64,000 nucleotides of DNA from Callorhinchus milii (Eukaryota), in the NCBI RefSeq assembly GCF_018977255.1, contig NW_024704761.1, positions 8,370,001 to 8,434,000 of the forward strand, read 5' to 3'. The notes beneath the pieces were generated by a model. That model was not told the DNA's origin. It searched no databases and worked only from the letters and a program-made list of their open reading frames with translations. The position numbers were made by a program, and so were the translations under genes. Positions 51,730 to 64,000 of this stretch are shown here, one piece after another (positions within the stretch are counted from its first letter, which is position 1; every line of letters starts with the position of its first letter).

Positions 51730-54059
51730 CTTTCTTTGGTTTGTTTTGTTTGCTTGTTTCCTGCTTTACTGCTAATTACTGTTGCTGTCGCTTACTCTGG
51801 CGAGTTGGCAATGAGGCACCGGCTGATCGCAGAGACGTGATGACCTGGTCCCAACTGCTTCCAAAAAAAAAAAGCACTTTCAGAAAACTTTCTGTTCATT
51901 TCATTTCATTGCCTCGGTGATGACGAGCCACTCCCCCAACAGCAGGTTCGCCTTCCAACCAGAGAGAGAAAGAGAAAAAGAGAGAGAAAAAAATAAACGT
52001 CTGTGTGGCAGGGATGGGAAAGGAACTCCCACCCCCCCCAAAAAAAAAACACAAAACAGCATCAGGTTGCAATGCGCAGATTGCTTATGGAAACGAACAT
52101 CAGCCAAACGGATCAAGTGGTACAAGTTTACAAAGCGAAACTGGACAATGTGTTCCAGGCAAAGCCGTATCCTCTTATAATAACAGGGTTTAAAGGGGGA
52201 GGAGGAGGAGGGGGGAAATGAGCACATCACACATGCCACTTTATAAGCGCTTGCCAACAATCATATTTTTGCTAAAGGTTTATTAAATGCATCCTTTTTA
52301 AGAACTTCAACTAAGCCTCTGTTTCTCTCACACACACGCACACCCACACACAACTGCCTGGAGCATTCAGACTGCAACACAAGAAATCTTATTCCCAGTT
52401 TCAGGAAATCCTTATGGGAACGGTTGCAATTCATGGTTTGGCAGTGCTGTGTTGGTCAATTGTTAAAGACGCAGTGAGGTAGTAGTTGAAGCATTCTGCA
52501 ATATCATAATACAAATTGCTTCGGTTTTTAATAATCTCAACCTATTGTTAAAGGTTAAAAGAAAATGCAACTTGTTCTTGTCAATGATCAAAGCAACAAC
52601 AACTTGCATTTACACTGTGCTCTTCACAAGGGCGGTGTCTCCGAACATTTAGTTTAAAGCAAGCAAGACTTATTGGTCCCAAGTATTTAAAGAAACAAGT
52701 TTCACTGGGATAATTCAGGTTGCTTTAGTTTTATATCAAGTGTGTGAAAAAAGTTGCTGAGAAATTATAAGGGTCAAAACTTAGGGTCCTATTTGAAAGC
52801 GAATATATAATGAATAATTGAATTAATCCTAGATTAGAATCGCAGGACTGTTTGTGGGACGCTGCTGTGCGCAATTGGCTGCTGCGTTTTGCCCACAAAA
52901 TATACAGTCAATTCACTTTACAGTATATTCTGTGAAGTGCTTTGAAACGTCTCAAAGACGTGATACAATGCTCTATCAAATGCAAGTATTATTATATTGT
53001 TATTATTATAGTATTATTTCCTCTCACACACATTCACCATTTGGAATTGGTAACAAAATTTAATGGGGGTAAATGCTGCTATTTTTCAGGAGGTTTCTCT
53101 GTACCTGGGAATTGTGCGCAGACAGGCGTATCTTGTCTCAAGCAAATGCACTTTGTTCTACAGCCAGGAATAAGTAAGCATGTTTTCGATGCACTTTCAA
53201 ATTATTCACCTTTGCTTTGTCTGACGATCGACTTTGAAGTGTTTGCTTTGTACAAATTTATTGTGGTAATAAATACATCCACACAACATGCCAACTGAAT
53301 GATCGTATCAATTGCAAAAACAAAGAAATAGGTTTCTGGCATAACTCTTTTTAAAACTTATCACTCTAAAACAATTGGAAAGTTAACAGCCATTACATTC
53401 CATAACTATGAGGTACTGGAGTATAGTGCCTTTCATGTCAGGAGGATATCTCAAAGGGCTTCATAGGATTTACTGTGAAGTGTAGTCGCTGTACAGTTTG
53501 TAATCAAAATTTTTGATTTTAAAAAAATATTACTGACAAAGGAACTTATTAATCTTTGTCATTTGTTTTGGGGGAATTCTGATTTTGAAACACTAAAATG
53601 GATCAATTTTAAAGAAAAAGAATCATAATTATAATAATAATAATTCTTGCATTTGATGTAGCACTTTTCACATCTTCGAGACGTTTCAAAGCGCTTCACA
53701 GAATATACTGTAAAGAGAATTGACTGTATATTTGTGGGAGAAAAGTGGCAGCCAATTGCACTGTATATTTGTGGGAGAAAAGTGGCAGCCAAACAGTCAT
53801 GGATTGTAATGTGTACTTACTAATGACGTAGTTTCAATGACAATTCAGGTTTAGTTCATGTTCACAATTTAAAAACCATCAACCAAAATGTTATGTTATG
53901 AATATTATGAATATTTGACATTACTCCAGTAGAATATCATATCTGATTGCTCCATATTTTAATTGTTGGGACTGTTAATATCTGATGAGGCTGGTCACCC
54001 ATTAAATGATAATCCTTGCAATCTCTTGTAATCTACATTTTAATCATTTAAAAGGTGAT

Positions 54060-54432
54060 AATAATAATAATAATAATAATCCTTGGATTTGATATAGTAC
54101 CTTATCACATCTTTGAGACGTCTCAAAGCGCTTCACAGAATATACTCTGAAGTGAATTGCCTGTAAATATTGTGGGTGAAACGTGGCAGCTAATTGCACA
54201 TAGCAGTGTCCCACAAACTGTCATGAATTGAGGGATAAATTTTTTTTTGAAGGAATTATTACCCCCGGAAAAGCGATCTGCCAATCGACCAACAACCAGG
54301 TTCGCACTTACTGCTAAGTAAACAGAGGCGTGTGGAGTAAGGAAACTTGCTCACCACTTTGCCCTGCCGGGAATCAAACCCGGATCTCTCGCTTGCGAGG
54401 CGAGCGCTCTAACCACTGAGCTACAGCACTCC
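54060..54432 (-). mobile_element. Near full-length SINE, same family
   Basis: Same head, Deu domain and tail architecture as 50775-51150. Confidence 0.88.
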
Positions 54433-55294
54433 ATTGGATGTAGTTTTATATTGTGAATTGGATTTTGTTTAACATTCTTTCCTGGGGAAAATCACATCTA
54501 TTGACATATCCAGCCTTGTCGGTTTCTGTCCAGATTTTCACCAACTTTAATTTTGAATACGGACCTGGTTCTAGGATGAAATTAATCAAAATGGATAATT
54601 TACTGTTTCACAGTGGAGTTGGTAGGAAGCTTGCATGAACAAATTTTGGACAGAGGACTATTCATCTTTTCCAAATAAGTTACTCATTGGGTCACACACT
54701 TGTTTCCATTGTGGTAAAATATACTCCAGTGTCTGTTAAATTTCTCCAACACTTTGTGATGATCCATTCATCTTTTCTAAAGTAAACTACAGAGACATTT
54801 AAGTTCCGTGAGGGTTTCCATCAAGAAGGTTTAGGTAGACTGACTGCTGACTGACCTCTGTGCATTATGTTGCGCCCATAAAAAATACAGTCAATTCACT
54901 TGACAGTATATTCTGTGAAATGCTTTGAGGTGTCTCGAAGACGTGCTAAAGCACTACATCAAATGCGAGGATTATTATTGTTGTCTCCTTCGTTACTCAT
55001 GAGCGTGGAGTCCCGCAGCTCAGTGGTTAGAGCACTTGCCTTCCGGGCGAGAGGACCTGGGTTCGAGTGCCACAGAAATGCGTCACAGGCAATTGGCGCC
55101 AAGTGCGTCGACTGCGTGTCCGCGGCCAAGTACGGCAGACAATCCGAGCGAAGCAAGTCCCACTGAGAAGCCCTGCGACGAAGGACCAATGAGGCATAGC
55201 AGTCGGTTGGCCCTGAGGCTCTACTATTTTCCGGTAGAGTCGCGCGACTGGTGACGTCCACCTGCACAAAGCAGACGGTCAGAAACCTTCTCAA

Positions 55295-55615
55295 TAATAA
55301 TAATACGACTAATAATAATAATCCTTGCATTTGATATAGCGTTTTCACGTCGGGAGGACGTCCCAAAGCGCTTCACAGAACACACTGTAAAGTGAATTGA
55401 CTGTATATTTGTGGGCGAACGCGGCAGCCAATTGCGCACAGCAATGTCCCACAAACAGTCGTGGATTGAAAATGACCAATTTATTATTGTTTTTGTTTTG
55501 GAGGGATTATTATTAGGCTCTGTGTGGAGTAAGGAAACTTGCCCAAGGTTTGGCCCTCTGCCTGGAATTGAACTCAGGTCTCTCACTTGCAAAGCGAGTG
55601 CTCTAACCACCGAGG
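55295..55615 (-). mobile_element. SINE, young subfamily, internally deleted
   Basis: tRNA head, Deu domain and tail; 3' part almost identical to 58780-58970. Confidence 0.85.
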
Positions 55616-55939
55616 GATGGCAACTCTGACAATGCAGCGGAGCTCACGCCGCCCCCACCCCCCACTCCGCAACCGCACCCCCACCCCAGTACCCCCAGTT
55701 TGTGCCAAACCAAACACGAGCCCCAATCTTCCGCATCTCCTCCAAATGACCGACACACAGAGCCGTCAAATTTGGGACGAGCGCCTTCGGAGCTGCGTCA
55801 GAGAAAAAAGAAGAAAGGCGGTTTTTTTTTCCTTTAAAAAGAAACAGGGGAGAAAACAAGCTTTTTGCAGCTTTAAATTCTAGACATATATATATATATA
55901 TATATATATACATACATATATATTGAGAAAAACGCACAG

Positions 55940-56310
55940 GACAAGGAAAAAAAAAACTCGCCCAATTCGGCTCGAATCCGCCCATTTGGGCGTGAAACCC
56001 GCCCGATTGGGCGCGGAAAGAACGCCCGATCCGAGGGGGGGGAGAGAGGAGCGTCGGCGCATGCGCAGTCAGGCCCCAGACAGACAGCCGCGGCCGGAAC
56101 CAATGGTCGCGGCTCCGGGCGGAGCTTCGGTGTCGGACACAACCCGGAAGGCGGCGGCGGCCGGAGGTGGTGGCGGCGGACGAGGGGCGGGAAGGCGATG
56201 GCGCGGGACGGCTGGTGAGAGGACCGGCGGCTGCCGGGGGCGGAGGGCCCGACAAGGCCTCCGGTAACACGGTCCCGAACAGCCCCCGAGGCAGCGGGAG
56301 CCGAGCGGCC
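55940..56310 (+). promoter_or_regulatory. STX8 CpG-island promoter
   Basis: CpG-rich; CCAAT/ATTGG boxes, NRF1 GCGCATGCGC near 56057, ETS CCGGAA sites. Confidence 0.8.
56198..56214 (+). CDS. STX8: STX8 exon 1 (start)
   Basis: GCGATGG Kozak context; MARDG(W) resembles human MAPDPW; 17 nt then TG|GTGAGA; phase 2 fits exon 2. Confidence 0.85.
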
Positions 56311-56311
56311 C

Positions 56312-58705
56312 TCACACCGACATACACTGTGACCCACACCTCATATACACTGTAACCTACACCTCATATACACTGTGACCCACACCTCATATACACTGTG
56401 ACCCACACCTCATATACACTGTAACCCACACCTCATATACACTGTAACCCACACCTCATATACACTGTAACCCACACCTCATATACACTGTAACCCACAC
56501 CTCATATACACTGTAACCCACACCTCATATACACTGTAACCAACACCTTATATACACTGTAACCCACACCTCATATACACTGTAACCCACACCTCATATA
56601 CACTGTAACCCACACCTCATATACACTGTAACCCACACCTTATATACACTGTGACCCACACCTCATATACACTGTAACCACACCTCATATACACTGTAAC
56701 CCACACCTCATATACACTGTAACCCACACCTCATATACACTGTGACCTACACCTCATATACACTGTAACCCACACCTCATATACACTGTAACCCACACCT
56801 CATATACACTGTAACCCACACCTCATATACACTGTAACCCACACCTCATATACACTGTAACCTACACCTCATATACACTGTAACCACACCTATATACACT
56901 GTGACCCACACCTCATATACACTGTAACCCACACCTTATATACACTGTGACCTACACCTCATATACACTGTAACCCACACCTCATATACACTGTAACCTA
57001 CACCTTATATACACTGTAACCCACACCTTATATACACTGTAACCCACACCTTATATACACTGTAACCTACACCTCATATACACTGTAACCTACACCTTAT
57101 ATACACTGTACCACACCTCATATACACTGTAACCTACACCTTATATACACTGTAACCCACACCTTATATACACTGTAACCTACACCTCATATACACTGTA
57201 ACCTACACCTTATATACACTGTAACCCACACCTTATATACACTGTAACCCACACCTTATATACACTGTAACCCACACCTTATATACACTGTAACCCACAC
57301 CTCATATACACTGTAACCCACACCTCATATACACTGTAACCTACACCTCATATACACTGTAACCCACACCTCATATACACTGTAACCTACACCTTATATA
57401 CACTGTAACCCACACCTCATATACACTGTAACCCACACCTCATATACACTGTAACCTACACCTCATATACACTGTAACCTACACCTCATATACACTGTAA
57501 CCCACACCTCATATACACTGTAACCCACACCTTATATACACTGTAACCCACACCTCATATACACTGTAACCCACACCTTATATACACTGTAACCTACACC
57601 TTATATACACTGTAACCTACACCTTATATACACTGTAACCCACACCTCATATACACTGTAACCTACACCTTATATACACTGTAACCTACACCTTATAGAC
57701 ACTGTAACCTACACCTTATATACACTGTAACCCACACCTATATACACTGTAACCACACCTTATATACACTGTAACCTACACCTTATATACACTGTAACCA
57801 CACCTTATATACACTGTAACCTACACCTTATATACACTGTAACCTACACCTTATATACACCTTATATACACTGTAACCTACACCTTATATACACTGTAAC
57901 CTACACCTTATATACACTGTAACCTACACCTTATATACACTGTAACCTACACCTTATATACACTGTAACCTACACCTTATATACACTGTAACCTACACCT
58001 TATATACACTGTAACCTACACCTTATATACACTGTAACCCACACCTTATACACACTGTAACCTACACCTTATATACACTGTAACCCATACCTTATATACA
58101 CTGTAACCCACACCTTATATACACTGTAACCTATACCCTATACACACTGTAACCTACACCTTATTTACACTGTAACCCACACCTTATATACACTGTAACC
58201 CACACCTTATATACACTGTAACCCACACCTTATATACACTGTAACCTACACCTTATATACACTGTAACCTACACCTTATATACACTGTAACCTACACCGT
58301 ATATACACTGTAACCTACACCTTATAGACACTAACCTACACCTTATAGACACTGTAACCTACACCTTATAGACACTGTAACCTACACCTTTTACACACTG
58401 TATAACCTACGCCTTATACACACTGTAACCTACACCTTATATACACTTTAACCTACACCTTATAAGCGCTGTAACCCACACTTTATGTACACTGTAACCC
58501 ACACCTTATATACACTGTAACCTACACCATATACACACTGTAACCTACACCTTATACACACTGTAACCTACACCTTATATACACGGTATAACCTACACCT
58601 TATACACACTAACCTACACCTTATACACTGTAACCCACACCATATATACACTGTAACCTACACCTTATATACACTGTAACCTACATCTTATATATAGTGT
58701 AACTT
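56312..58705 (+). repeat. 23-bp minisatellite, about 100 copies
   Basis: Unit ACC(C/T)ACACCT(C/T)ATATACACTGTA repeated directly over about 2.4 kb. Confidence 0.98.
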
Positions 58706-58779
58706 ACAACACATTTACATCTATTCACCTGCACATTATATACAATGCTAACGTATACCTCCACCATATATACAGTTAT

Positions 58780-58970
58780 AATAATAATAATAATAATCCT
58801 TGCATTTGATATAGCGTTTTTCACGTCTGGAGGACGTCCCAAAGCGCTTCACAGAACACACTGTAAAGTGAATTGACTGTATATTTGTGGGCGAATGCGG
58901 CAGCCAATTGCGCACAGCAATGTCCCACAAAGTCGTAGATTGAAAATGACCAATTTATTATTGTTTTTGT
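58780..58970 (-). mobile_element. SINE 3' half
   Basis: Deu domain plus (ATT)n tail. Confidence 0.85.
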
Positions 58971-60311
58971 TACAGTTGTAACAGACCTGCACCTTCTACA
59001 CAGTGTGTAACATTGATTTAAACCATATATACAGAATGTGACATACACCATGTAGCCAATCTCAAACTAATTAAAAATGTTATGTAAATTGGAGAAGCTT
59101 TTCTTAATTTATGATACCCCTCAATTAACGTCTTTTCCAAGTAACTGTCTGATTACTGCTTGAATTTGCTGACACAATCTGCCTTGACTGACTCTCTCTG
59201 ACTTGTATTCCACATATCCAGCGCTCTGTGTGTGAAACAGTGAAATCTGAAATGATATTCAATTTTGTTTTTGGAGAAATTAGTCAAATATTTTGTTTGG
59301 GTGTCTCTTCCACATATCCACTCAATAAAGTCAATGCGTTGTTAATCCTAATTAAACTTTTTAAATTTGAAACCCGTGGCTAACTGTCACAGTCCAAATC
59401 AACTCAGCCTGCATCCATCTACACAATCCATGACTTTCAAAATATAAGGACCTGGGCCATGTGTCCTCAATTTTGTAACAGAACAAGTACAGCTCTGTAG
59501 ATCTCTTGCAAAGAGACCTCAGTGCCCTGGAATCATCCCTGTCGCTGTTTTCTGAGCTCTCTGAAGCAAATGGTTTGTGACCTTACCATTGATTTATTCA
59601 ATCTTGGAATAACTATCCTCTTGTAGTTGAGTATGCCCTCAAGATTCACATTATAATATAATAATAAGACTTCAGTGACTGTGTACATCACAAATAACTG
59701 CTTTATTTGGTTTAAACCATGGTCTATTTTCCAGTTCAACTGAATGTTAAAGGATCCCTAGCATCAAGAAATATTCTCTTTTCAAAAAAAGCCTTTTAAA
59801 GTGCTGCACTGGTATTCGCTTTCAAGTGCTGCAAATCTTTTTGTACCATTGTACAAGCAAAGATCGATGAAATGAATGATCATTTAATATGGACTTTTGA
59901 CTACGGTACTGGGAGATGGTTTAACATCAAACATAAGATTAATAGTACATCACTGCATTATCTTAGACTATCTGTTCAATTTCCGACTTGGGGCTTGAAC
60001 CCACAGCCTTCTGACCCAGAGGAGAGAGTGCCACTGACTAAACTGACCTGAAAGGTCAAGCTTTGAAAACATTTTGTCAAAACATTTTCCTTGAAGCAGT
60101 CTTTTTAATGCATCTCTGTTGAGATGCATTTCAGAGCTAAAATGTTTCTGTCAGCGTGCCACACTACAGCTTCTTTACATCGTGTCATATGATTTGGTAG
60201 CTGGGATTTAGGTTTATTTTTGCTAAGATATTTGCATTTTACGATGAAGCATTTCCTTAAAATGTTATTCATGTTCATTGTCTTTTATTGCCTCGTTCCT
60301 GCTTTCTGCAG

Positions 60312-60411
60312 GTTGGTGAAGTATGACTCTACTTGTCAACTTGCACAAGAAGCTGCTGAACACATCCATGAACGAAACAGGCAGAAGAGAACTGGGGGGA
60401 ATCCTGCAAAG
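60312..60411 (+). CDS. STX8: STX8 exon 2; gene continues beyond the window
   Basis: LVKYDSTCQLAQEAAEHIHERNRQKRTGGNPAK resembles syntaxin-8 YDSTCQIAQEIAEKIQQRN; 100 nt; AG/GT boundaries. Confidence 0.9.
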
Positions 60412-60434
60412 GTACATCCTTGGTCACTCAATCT

Positions 60435-60590
60435 ATGACTGTTTGTGGGACACTGCTGTGTGCAATTGACCGCCGTGTTTCGCCCACAAAATATACAGTC
60501 AGTTGACTTTGTAGTATATTCTGTGAAGCGCTTTGAGACGTCTCAAAGATGTGATAAGGCGCTATATCAAATGCAAGGATTATTATTATA
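60435..60590 (+). mobile_element. SINE 3' half
   Basis: Deu domain and tail, starting about 25 bp after the STX8 exon 2 donor. Confidence 0.85.
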
Positions 60591-63334
60591 TCCTTCGTTA
60601 CTTGTGATTGTTTTGTGATCCGTTCTGTTTCACGTCCAGAAAATTTTCTGATGTTGGAGGCTCGAGATGAGATCTCAGCATTTGATTAGTCCATGACCAA
60701 TTTGGAAGTTGAAAGGAACTTTTCCTAAATTTAGTTTTCGTCAGCTCAAACTGGCCTGAGCATTGGCAGCACCCAGACAAGTCACCTCGCAAGCTGTGGT
60801 GCTCCAGGGGTTAATTGTAAATTTGATGAATGTTTGGCAGAGTTTAATAATCTCATTGTGGCTGCCCAGTCAGTACTCGGGAAAGGGTTCCATCAAAAGT
60901 AATGCTTATCTCCCTTCAAAGGAGCTAATTAAGAATAAATTAGAGGCTGTAAGGACAATTAGAGACCACTTTTAGGTCAGCTGGATGCCTGACACATGTG
61001 AAAACCCATTGCCATGCTTAAAAGTATCCAAGTCAACTGAGAATTCCACATGTGTATGTCACTTATGCATGAAAATGTTCCTGTGTCTGTAATGGAATAC
61101 ACACTCTCTCCCTGAAGGGACACACTGCTGACCTGATACCAGAGTGTATTACAGTGTGTTCTGTGAAGCGCTTTGGGACGTCCTCCCAATGTGAAAAACG
61201 CTATATCAAATGCAAGGATTATTAGGTACAGATTGGTGAGAGCCAAAGCTTTAGAACCCTAGTTTGTCCCTTGAGAAGTTTAACCAGCAAACTTTGTGTG
61301 ACTTGCCATTGAGAGCACTGTCTGCCAACTTACCACTACTAGTGAGCTACTCACCCTTGAATTAGAGCTTTGGCTTCCAGGGCTACAGGAGCTGAGTGAG
61401 AAGAATCCCTGCTGCCAGTATCTGGGAGTTTCGCTCCCAGTTTCGCCCACAAAATATACAGTCAATTAACTTTGCAGTATATTCTGTGAAGTGCTTTGAG
61501 ACGTCTCGAAGACGTGAGCCAGGCTGGTCGATCTGCCATCAGCAATGCCCTGAAATGTTGTGGACCTGCCTATGTCAGGAATCAGACTAGCAAGATCACC
61601 ACAGAGGATTGACTCAATTCTGATGATCCGTTGTTAAACAAATCACCTTGGTGGAAACTGTCAGAGAAATCTTATAAAAGTTACAGGAGGTTAAATATTC
61701 TTGTCAAGGCAAAACATAGTGTAATGTAAGTGTTCAAAGAAATCGCCCAGATGAACTAAATGACATTTTCCCATTGTATTCCCTCTGTGTTTGTACGATA
61801 ATGTGACAAACCACTTGGATGCCTCCATGGTTGTACTGGACATCCTTTACAACTAATAATCTATCCATCTGGAAGTATTTTTTGGAAGTTTGAACAGCCT
61901 TGGATGCACTTGCCCACCATCAAAGTACTGAGATGGGCGAAACTTTATTCCCTTGACCTAAGACAAAGGGCCTGTTCCTAGCATAATAGTACATTTCTTG
62001 TCATTTTCTGGGATCTTGGCCAATAATATCAGGGAAAAACAATAGCTAAAACATAATTCAACCCAGCTTATTGTATGGGAACAGCTTCTCCATTGAAGTG
62101 GTGATTGCAATGTGTTTTAAATCATTTAAATTACTTTCCTGATAATTCCCGAGTAAATGTTGCATGGACCGTGCTGACTCTTCAAAGGCAAACAAGGACA
62201 GTTTGAATGGAAATTAAATTGGATTTTTTTGCTTTCCCCCAATCCAGTGCCCCAGTTTTCAATTTATTTCGGTGAGTGAAAGCAGAAATAAGTTGCACCT
62301 ATGTATCCAGGGTTTGCTCACCTAAACATTTGAAGCTTTCTTCCATGTTGAATTTATTTTGGATGAATACACAAAAGTCAAGGTGCCTTGTCTTAAGCTA
62401 TATTTGTTCAGTACATTCAAAGATTTGAGTTTTGGGGGATAGGACGGGGATTCTGTGTTTGTATGGTGGTGCAGGCATATAATCTATAATCAGGATGGTC
62501 CCAACTGGTGACCCATGGACTGATTTTATCTGCCCACCCCCCACCTCCGCTCCCTCCATAACCCGTAAATGTTATGTTTCTGGAACGGAAACAGAAAAGT
62601 ATTGCTTATGTTTCTCAAATAGGGCATCCGGGCCTCGGCAGCCAAAATCGTAATGTGCATTTGTTTGGATTTTCAGTACATGGACTGAAAAGAAAACAGA
62701 TGCTGCAGACACTCATTTCCACTGATACTAAGGCACTAACAACTTGGTTAATGCCTGAAAGAATCCACTGATGTTGGATATTATAAGATTCCCTTCATTC
62801 CAGTTCAATGAAAGTTGTGAAAAACTATGTGAAAAATCAAACTATCATTTTAAATGATTTCTAGAATTATTACTCTTTTTCTGAAGAGTACGCACTTTCC
62901 TTTCCTTGCTGGCAATATAGAGCCATCATCTTTTCTAATCTTAATCTAAAGCATCTGGGACGTCTAGAAAACGTGAAAAGCGCTATATCAAATGCAAGGA
63001 TTATTATTATTATTGTTATCTGTAGTTACTGTGGTGGTATACATAATTCTATCTATATACTATATAAACTTTAATTTGGGATTGAAAGTTGTGAGCTGGG
63101 CTATAACATAAAGGTGTGGGGTGCCAACATGTCTTTGTTTAAGGGAGGACTTTGTGTACTGTTGAGTACGTGCTTCCATGCAGCGCGTCATTGACGCACT
63201 TACAAAGGTGAATATTTATGTGCACTTAATGTAAAATGCCAGCTGTAAAAACAGTGAAGGGTTGAACTTCTTTGATCATGTACAGAGTATAGCAATAACA
63301 TGGGCATACGTGCACATGTGTTTTGATGGCCTGT

Positions 63335-63500
63335 CCGAGTGCTGTAGCTCAGTGTTTAGAGCACTTGCCTCACAAGCGAGAGGACCTGGGTTCGATTCCC
63401 GGGCAGGGCGGAATGTTGGGCAAGTTTTCTTATTCCATACGCCTCTGCTTACCGAGCAATAAGTAGGAACCTGGTTGTTAGTTGATTGGCGGATCGCTTG
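63335..63500 (+). mobile_element. SINE 5' half (tRNA head)
   Basis: GTAGCTCAGTGTTTAGAGC...GGTTCGATTCCC followed by the family body. Confidence 0.8.
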
Positions 63501-64000
63501 TGTGTTTGTGTGTGTGAATATATGCTACCCGCATGATATAGGTGTGCGCGTCACACCCAAGTGAAAATTATGCGTTTAACTTTATTATGGGTAAGCAAAT
63601 ACCAAAAATTACTTGCTGCTTGCCTGTAAGTGATATTGCCCAGGCCCACAGGTTATTAAAAACATGCACAGTGGTGCAACTCATCCCAAGCTATGATGGA
63701 CATTATAAAATAAAATATCTGTGTGTCTGACTGCAGGTAGTGGTTTTCATCTCCTGAAAGAAAGAAAGAAATGTAGAAAACTCTCAGAATAACCCTTGAT
63801 GTCAATGACATACATTACCTTACTTTGATGTTAATAACGTGTCACCCCTGAGCTTTAACATACATTTCCTTATCCGCATTGCTACATATCTGCACATTTA
63901 AAGAGTGAAAATCTTTTCCATTTAGCTAGGCAGTTGGCTGACTCTGGGCACACAGTCTATTATGTCCTGCACTTTTAAGTCAAGCGACAGAGAAAAATTT

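Noticed and set aside
55145-55190. Hammerhead ribozyme core
   Set aside because: CTGAGAAG and CGAAG do not match the required CUGANGA and GAAA motifs, and the three stems cannot be built
56312-58705. CRISPR-like array
   Set aside because: Units are directly adjacent with no unique spacers, there are no cas genes, and the context is a vertebrate intron; it is a minisatellite
60107-60130. 10-bp hairpin AATGCATCTC/GAGATGCATT
   Set aside because: Short enough to arise by chance or local template switching; no other support
63340-63410. tRNA genes (also near 51080-51140, 54360-54430, 55010-55066, 59990-60035)
   Set aside because: tRNA-derived SINE heads without an intact acceptor stem; most run into SINE body sequence
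837-63730. Many short ORFs sharing peptides such as [23 protein letters not shown] or IKCKDYYYY
   Set aside because: Translations of the repeated SINE, not a protein family
60412-64000. STX8 exon 3
   Set aside because: No in-frame segment resembling the expected helix between AG/GT sites; probably beyond the window

Overview
Vertebrate (eukaryotic, intron-containing) genomic DNA, most likely from a cartilaginous fish. That inference rests on the tRNA-head/Deu-domain SINEs with L2-type tails, the L2 and CR1 fragments, and the protein divergence. Six protein-coding genes can be rebuilt from splice signals and frame continuity: JMJD6 (-, exons 1-3, runs off the left edge), METTL23 (+, 5 exons, one GC-AG intron), SRSF2 (-, 2 coding exons plus 3'UTR autoregulatory splicing elements), MFSD11 (+, 13 exons, apparent 1-nt frame defect at exon 9), a TBC1D24-like TBC+TLDc gene (-, 7 exons, 653 aa) and STX8 (+, exons 1-2, continues beyond the right edge). 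JMJD6/METTL23 and SRSF2/MFSD11 are head-to-head pairs on CpG-island promoters. Repeats include about 35 SINE copies, L2/CR1 fragments and a 2.4-kb 23-bp minisatellite in STX8 intron 1. The best leads are the expanded, repeat-poor SRSF2 3'UTR intron with several extra cassette-exon candidates, and a SINE tRNA head fused to a unique CpG- and palindrome-rich ~225-bp body (55005-55292). Comparisons to human genes are from recall, not alignment. Repeat boundaries are approximate.
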